Below, one piece after another: positions 58,701-64,000 of a stretch of 64,000 nt of DNA. The notes beneath the pieces were generated by a model that was not told the origin of the DNA, ran no database searches, and was given only the letters and a program-made list of their open reading frames with translations. Numbering within the stretch: the stretch's first letter is position 1; every line of letters starts with the position of its first letter. This DNA comes from an uncultured Pseudomonadota bacterium (GTDB lineage Bacteria; Pseudomonadota; Alphaproteobacteria; JACZXZ01): NCBI GenBank assembly GCA_963749075.1, contig CAVVLJ010000004.1, positions 448,001 through 512,000 on the forward strand, in the 5' to 3' direction. The position numbers and the translations under genes were made by a program.

Positions 58701-60716
58701 TCAGAGAAGCGCAATGATCAGGATGGCCACGAGCAGCGCACCGATCAGCGAGAGATAAAAATTGAGATGGCCGGACTGGATGATGCGCAATCTCGCGGCA
58801 ACGGCGATGACCAGCCTCTCCAGCGGCGCGAACAGGTACGGCCCGAAAATCGGCGCCACATCGTGGCTGAACACCAGTCTTCGCACGAAGTACGGCTGGC
58901 CGTCCGATTCATGGGCAAGCTCGTGCTCCGTCTCGACGGTAGGCCGGTAGATGAAGCTGTAGAAAGTGCGGAGCGCGTTGGAGAAGGTGAGCGCCGTGGT
59001 CGCCGCCTGGCTCGCATCCTGGTCGCGACCGCCATACCACACCGAGGCACGGCGCACGGCGAAGCGCCTCGTCAGCAGCAGCAAGCCGAGCGGAACGAGA
59101 GCGAGGAGCGGCATCACGACCACGAGCAGGGTCGGCGAGATGAAGGCGAAGGTCTCGGGCACCCGGATCGGCGCCCCGGTGGCCGGCACGAGGAGCGGCC
59201 CGACGTGCATCTTGGCGACGGCCGTGGTGCCGAACTCCCGAGCGACGGCGGTGCCGAGGGAGTCGAGCCAGAGCGGCATCCCCACCGCCAGTGCCAAGAC
59301 CAGCAGCCCGAGAAGGCCAACCGCAAGCGAAGCCGCGGCCGGCACCCGGCCGTTCTTGCTCTCGCTGCGGCCCAGCAGGCCGATGCCGAAGAGCTTGATG
59401 AAGATCGCGAAGGCGATGGCCGCCGTGAGCGCCAGCCCGGCGCCGGCCAGCGCCGTCGTCAGCCGGCTCGCGAGGCTGGTGAGGTGGAAGCCCTGGAAGA
59501 AGGTCTGGAAGAGATACCATTCGCTGACGAAGCCGGCCTGGGGCGGCATCGCAGCCAGGCTCATCGCCGCGAAAAGCGCGCCGAGACCGAATATCCAGGA
59601 GCTGCGGGCCAAAATCCCGCGCTGGACGAGCCTGTAGTCGCCGACCGCGCGGTAGACGCCGTCGGCCGCGAGAAACAGCGCGCCCTTCGCGAGCGCGTGC
59701 CCCGCGAGATGCAGGAGGGCGACGGTCCAGGCAAGACTGGCGAGATCCATGAGGCCGTCCTGGCGGAACATCAGCGCTGCCCCGAGCAGGCAAACCGCTA
59801 TCGAGCCGTTCTCGGCCGAGGACAGGCTCAGGAGCTCGCGCCAGGCCTCCTGCTGGAAGGCATAGAGGGCGGTGAGGATGGCGCTCACCACGGCAATGGC
59901 GACGACGAAGATGCCGGCGAGCGAGACCGGCAGCGCGTGGTCGGCCGGCAGCCATTCGATGAGGCCGCGGCTCAGCGCGAAAAAGGCGGCATTGAGGACG
60001 ATGCCCGAGAGGAAGGCGCCGGTGGCACCGCTGCCAGCACCATAGGCGCCGGGGAACCATTCGTAGAACGGCAGCAGGCCGAGCTTGGCGCCGAAGCCGA
60101 TGAGCAGCAACAGGCCGACAAAGAGCTGCTCGGCGCGCGGCATCGCCGATGCGGCGGCGGCAAAATCGTCGAAGGACAGGCTGCGGGCGTGGCCGGCGAG
60201 GAGGATGAAGGCGAGAATGAGTGCCACCGCACCGGCCTCGAGCAGGGCCAGCATGAAGAGGACCGGCCGGCCCCTCTCGGGCGCCAGATCCTCGGAGAGG
60301 ATCATCACGGCGCCGCCCAGGCTCATGATCTCCCAGGCCACGAGGAAGCTTGCGGCGTCCTGCAGGCCGAAGACGCCGAGCGCGCCGATCAGGCTCGCGG
60401 CCGCCCCGAAGATCCAGCCGCCCTGGCGCGGCGCCGGCGTACCGAGCCAGGACGCGAGCACCGCCCCGGCCAGGCCAAAGCCGAGGAGCCAGAGCGCCTG
60501 CGGCGAGAGACGGAAGACGGCGCCGGCGGGCCCGATCCCGAGCATCGTATGAATGGGCGGCAGCCCTTCGGGCAGCGCCGCTACGACGAGGATGAGAAGG
60601 GCGATGCCGCCGGCCCCGAGCAGCGCTTTGGCCGCGCCGTGCGCGCTGCCGATGAGCCCGAGCAGTGCCGCGATCAGCCACGCGGCCAGGACCACGGCGA
60701 GGAGCTCAGCCGACAA
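58701..60716 (-). CDS. hyfB: Hydrogenase-4 component B-like antiporter subunit (NuoL/MrpA family)
   Basis: FLVAWEIMS, GFGAKLGLLPFYEWFP, LSSAENG, HALAKGALF, PPQAGFVSEW. Confidence 0.85.
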   Translation of the reverse strand: MSAELLAVVLAAWLIAALLGLIGSAHGAAKALLGAGGIALLILVVAALPEGLPPIHTMLGIGPAGAVFRLSPQALWLLGFGLAGAVLASWLGTPAPRQGGWIFGAAASLIGALGVFGLQDAASFLVAWEIMSLGGAVMILSEDLAPERGRPVLFMLALLEAGAVALILAFILLAGHARSLSFDDFAAAASAMPRAEQLFVGLLLLIGFGAKLGLLPFYEWFPGAYGAGSGATGAFLSGIVLNAAFFALSRGLIEWLPADHALPVSLAGIFVVAIAVVSAILTALYAFQQEAWRELLSLSSAENGSIAVCLLGAALMFRQDGLMDLASLAWTVALLHLAGHALAKGALFLAADGVYRAVGDYRLVQRGILARSSWIFGLGALFAAMSLAAMPPQAGFVSEWYLFQTFFQGFHLTSLASRLTTALAGAGLALTAAIAFAIFIKLFGIGLLGRSESKNGRVPAAASLAVGLLGLLVLALAVGMPLWLDSLGTAVAREFGTTAVAKMHVGPLLVPATGAPIRVPETFAFISPTLLVVVMPLLALVPLGLLLLTRRFAVRRASVWYGGRDQDASQAATTALTFSNALRTFYSFIYRPTVETEHELAHESDGQPYFVRRLVFSHDVAPIFGPYLFAPLERLVIAVAARLRIIQSGHLNFYLSLIGALLVAILIIALL

Positions 60717-61512
60717 GGCGTCCTCCCCTTGCCCGCTGCGGCAGGCGGTCGAGGAACATGAGCAGCGCCTCGATGATCGCGGCAGGATTGGGCGGGCAGC
60801 CCGGCAGATAGAGATCGACCGGCAAGACCCCTTCGAGCCCGTTACCGCAGGCGTAGCCTCCGCCGGCGATCCCCCCCGAGACGGCGCAGGTGCCGACGGC
60901 CATCACCCAGCGCGGCTCCGGCATCGCCTGGTAGGCCCGCTGCAAGGGCTCGCGCATGGCATAGCTGACCGGGCCCGTGACGAGCAGCAGGTCGGCGAAG
61001 CGCGGCGACGGCGTGAAGAAGACGCCGAAGCGGTGCAGGTTGTAGAACGGATTGTTGAGGGCCTGGAGCTCGGACTCGCAGCCGTTGCAGGAGCCGGCAT
61101 CGACATGGCGGATGTGGAGGCTGCGCCGGAAGCCGTCGCGGGAGGCCGCCGCCGCTTGGCCGGAGACCTCGGCCTTGCCCTCGGAGAGCAGCAAGTCCGC
61201 CCGCTCGCGGACGCCGAACGCCCAGTCGAAGGAGGCCGTTGCCGCGTCGTTGGGGCAGGCCTCGACGCAAAGCTGACAGGCAATGCAGCGTCCGTAATCG
61301 ACCGCGAGCCGGTCCTGACCCGTTTCACCCGCCGCGACCGTGATCGCGGACGTCGGGCAAACGGCGGCGCATTCCTTGCACGCGGGCGCGCACTTCTGCG
61401 GCTCGAAGCGCGGCATGCCGAGCACGCCCTCCTGGCCGGCGTCGGGACCGCCCTTGGGCCAGCGCGTGGTCGCCTTGCCCTTCTCCAGTCCGAAGAATGT
61501 CCAGAGCGGCAT
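60706..61512 (-). CDS. 2x[4Fe-4S] ferredoxin fused to a NuoB/HyfI-like small subunit
   Basis: CAPACKECAAVCP, CIACQLCVEACP, GSCNGCE, GTCA, PGCPP. Confidence 0.9.
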   Translation of the reverse strand: MPLWTFFGLEKGKATTRWPKGGPDAGQEGVLGMPRFEPQKCAPACKECAAVCPTSAITVAAGETGQDRLAVDYGRCIACQLCVEACPNDAATASFDWAFGVRERADLLLSEGKAEVSGQAAAASRDGFRRSLHIRHVDAGSCNGCESELQALNNPFYNLHRFGVFFTPSPRFADLLLVTGPVSYAMREPLQRAYQAMPEPRWVMAVGTCAVSGGIAGGGYACGNGLEGVLPVDLYLPGCPPNPAAIIEALLMFLDRLPQRARGGRLVG

Positions 61513-61520
61513 GGCCTCCC

Positions 61521-63029
61521 TCAGCGATCGCAGCCCGCGACAGTGAGGCCGAAGCTCGCCTCGTTGATGGCATAGTCCATCATGTTGCTGTCGTGGACGG
61601 TGAAGGGAAAAACGCGCCAGTTGGAGTAGGACGGCGACTTGATCTTGACGCGCGACAGCGCGCCGCGATCGTCGAAATGCACGGCGTAGAACAGGGAGCC
61701 CCGCGGCGATTCCGCCCAGCCCAGTCCCTCCGCATCGGGCGGCGGCAGGCAATCGGCATGCACCGGGCCCTCGTCGAGCAGCAGCAAGACCCGCTGCATC
61801 AGGGCTATGCTCGCCTCGATCTCGGCCATTCGGACCTGCGCCCGCGCGCGGGCGTCCCCGCTCGTCTTGACCGGCACGGCGAGCGGCAGCTCGCCGTAAG
61901 CCGCATAGGGATGGTCCCGCCGCAGATCGCGGTCGAACCCCGACGCCCGCTGGATGGGTCCCGTCGCTCCCTGATCGAAGGCAATCCCGCGAGGCAGGAC
62001 GCCGGTCGCGATCAGCCGGTCCAGATGACTGTTCGTGTTCTCCAGCATCGTCACATAAAGCGCTATCTGGTCGCGCAGGCTTTCGAGTGCCGTGCTCAGC
62101 CACGGCCCGGGATCGAGGTCGCGCCGGAGGCCGCCCGGGATCAGGAGGCTGCGCAGGAAGCGGCTTCCGGTCAGCCGGCCGTTGATTTGCTTGGCGCGCT
62201 CCTCGAGCAGCTTGCCCTCGGCTTCGCCGACCTTGAGCGTCGTCGTGTGCGAGAGATGGCCGAGATAGTGCAGGTGGTTGTAAAGCCGCTCGAGCTCGGC
62301 GAGCAGCGAGCGCAGCATGCGCGCGCGCGGCGGCACTGCGCACCCCGCCGCCCGCTCCACCGCCTGACAGAAGGCGAGCGCATGGGCGAAGCTGCCGACG
62401 CCGGAGACCCGCTCGGCCAGGATCGTGGCCGCGGCCAGCGAGCGCCCCTCGAAACGCTTCTCCATGCCGCGGTGCTTGAAGAAGAGCTGGGGATGGCAAT
62501 GGATGATGTGCTCGCCGACATAGAAGAAGATGAGCTCCGCCGACTCGACCACGTCGGCGCGCACCGGTCCGAAGGGGAGCCTCTGCACGTCGGCGCCCGC
62601 GATCTCCGGGAGGCCGCCATCGGCGGGCGAGAAGGGCAGCGCCGCGTCGGCCGGATAGGCGGGATCGAGGGGCGGCAGGACCGGATTGGCTCCTTGATGG
62701 AGGACGAGCCGGTGAGGGTCGGGATGGTCGCGGAACGCCACGCCGAATAGATCGGCGATCTCGCGCTCGTACCAGCCGAGGAGCGGGCTGATGGCGGCGA
62801 CGCTCGGCAGCGGCCCGCGCGGCACGCACCGCCACATGAAGAAGTGCTCCGTCCGGCCGCGGTTTCCGACATAGCGCAGCTCGAGGCGGCCGGGACCTGC
62901 GTACCACGCGTAGGCCATCTGCATGCGGCCGCCGCCCTGGATCAGCTCGCGCACGGCTCCCGGCAGATCCTGCGGCTCGATCGGTACGATCTCGAGGGCC
63001 GGGGTCGCGCGCTCGGCTGCCATGGTCAT
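61521..63029 (-). CDS. HyfG/HycE-like large subunit (NuoC+NuoD) lacking NiFe cysteines, Ehr-type
   Basis: WYEREIADLFG, FKHRGMEK, AERVSGVG in place of RxCGxC, ELERLYNH, ESPRG, end SFGLTVAGCDR in place of DPCxxC. Confidence 0.88.
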   Translation of the reverse strand: MTMAAERATPALEIVPIEPQDLPGAVRELIQGGGRMQMAYAWYAGPGRLELRYVGNRGRTEHFFMWRCVPRGPLPSVAAISPLLGWYEREIADLFGVAFRDHPDPHRLVLHQGANPVLPPLDPAYPADAALPFSPADGGLPEIAGADVQRLPFGPVRADVVESAELIFFYVGEHIIHCHPQLFFKHRGMEKRFEGRSLAAATILAERVSGVGSFAHALAFCQAVERAAGCAVPPRARMLRSLLAELERLYNHLHYLGHLSHTTTLKVGEAEGKLLEERAKQINGRLTGSRFLRSLLIPGGLRRDLDPGPWLSTALESLRDQIALYVTMLENTNSHLDRLIATGVLPRGIAFDQGATGPIQRASGFDRDLRRDHPYAAYGELPLAVPVKTSGDARARAQVRMAEIEASIALMQRVLLLLDEGPVHADCLPPPDAEGLGWAESPRGSLFYAVHFDDRGALSRVKIKSPSYSNWRVFPFTVHDSNMMDYAINEASFGLTVAGCDR

Positions 63030-64000
63030 GGCACCCCCGGGGACAGCGATGCGGCGATCGACGTGAGATAGCTCCAGACGTCGGCAGGCCACCACAGGCC
63101 GAGCACGAGGAGGGGCGCCAAAGCCAGCCACATCGGGACCGCGCACCACGCGGCGATTTTGGCAGCCGGCGGTTGGGCATCGGACGGCGGGCTGTAGTAC
63201 ATGGAGCGAAAGTGGTTCATGAAACCGACGAAGATCACGATGAGCAGTATCGCCATGACGTAGACCGCCCAGGAGAAGGACGGCTTCAGCCCGGCCCGCA
63301 TAATCGTGAACTCGCTGAGAAAGAGGCCGAAGGGCGGCGCACCGGTAATGGCAACGGCGCCGGCGAGCCATAGCGCGCCCTCGACGGGAAAGCGCCGGCT
63401 CACGCCGTTGATCCGAAGGATCTCCTTCGTGCCGTAGGCCCGCATCATGTTCCCAGCGCCGAAGAACATGAGGGATTTGTTGAGAGAGTGGTTGAGCATG
63501 TGATAGAGCGCGCCGGCCACGCCGAGGGCGCCGCCGAAGCCGAAGCCGAGCGCCACGACACCCATATGCTCGATGCTCGAGTATGCCATCAGCCGCTTGA
63601 TGCCCTGCTGGCGCACGATGAAGAGCGCGCCGATGAGGAGCGAGAGGGCGCCGAATGCGACGAGCACGAGCTGCGGAAGCTCGCCGAGATCGGCAGCGCG
63701 CAAGACGCGCAGGAACCGCACGATCCCGATCATCGCGGTGTTCAACAGCGCCCCTGACAGCATCGCCGATACCGGCGCCGGGCTTTCGCTGTGGGCGTCC
63801 GGCAGCCAGCTATGCATCGGCGCCAGCCCGACCTTCGTGCCGTAGCCGACGAGCACGAGGAGGAAGGCGAGGATCATCAGGACCGGGTTCATCTTCGGCG
63901 CCGCCTGGCCGAGGGCCGCCCAGGTCATCTCATAGCTCGGCCCAAGGACGAAGCTGCCGCACCAGTAGAAGAGCACGGTGCCGAGCAGCGCCAGGCTGAT
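63026..64000 (-). CDS. hyfF: Hydrogenase-4 component F-like membrane subunit (5' part outside window)
   Basis: GYGTKVGLAPMHSWLPDAHSE, KRLMAYSSIEH, NHSLNKSLMF, PPFGLFLSE. Confidence 0.88.
   Translation of the reverse strand: MSLALLGTVLFYWCGSFVLGPSYEMTWAALGQAAPKMNPVLMILAFLLVLVGYGTKVGLAPMHSWLPDAHSESPAPVSAMLSGALLNTAMIGIVRFLRVLRAADLGELPQLVLVAFGALSLLIGALFIVRQQGIKRLMAYSSIEHMGVVALGFGFGGALGVAGALYHMLNHSLNKSLMFFGAGNMMRAYGTKEILRINGVSRRFPVEGALWLAGAVAITGAPPFGLFLSEFTIMRAGLKPSFSWAVYVMAILLIVIFVGFMNHFRSMYYSPPSDAQPPAAKIAAWCAVPMWLALAPLLVLGLWWPADVWSYLTSIAASLSPGVP

Noticed and set aside
61521-63029. Functional NiFe hydrogenase large subunit
   Set aside because: Both Ni-binding CxxC motifs are absent.

Overview
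Very GC-rich chromosomal segment, probably from a Rhodospirillales-like alphaproteobacterium (inferred from gene content and order). The backbone is housekeeping: a polar amino-acid ABC transporter with LysR, an Lhr-type helicase, galU-ugd-pgm, phasin, clpS-clpA, mlaA, an OmpR/CpxA-like two-component pair, nrdJ, NDUFA12-mlaD-mlaD-DUF2155-aat, a hybrid histidine kinase, an HlyD/ABC exporter with TetR, and the 3' part of a hydrogenase-4-like (Ehr-type) operon. The most notable structure is a nested mobile element at 12915-16803. It is an IS1-related cargo transposon with 18-bp terminal inverted repeats (TIRs), a 7/8-matching target duplication, a truncated transposase, an AT-rich wHTH-HATPase-STAS passenger and a small accessory ORF missing from the ORF track. 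An intact group II intron splits its right TIR 2 nt from the end, and the intron's putative EBS1 loop is complementary to the TIR. A second, ORF-less group II intron (56791-57515) sits at the centre of a 19-bp palindrome whose right arm matches a tRNA-fMet 3' end. Other oddities: an Mrr_N-like wHTH fused to an RMF/CrpP-like domain, a candidate CheD/CNF1-like Cys-His enzyme beside a thiolase remnant, a 13-bp tandem repeat in a divergent intergenic region, short coupled ORFs where operon genes appear to be missing, orphan antitoxins, and several REP/MITE-like palindromes. All family assignments are by motif recognition; no database search was run.
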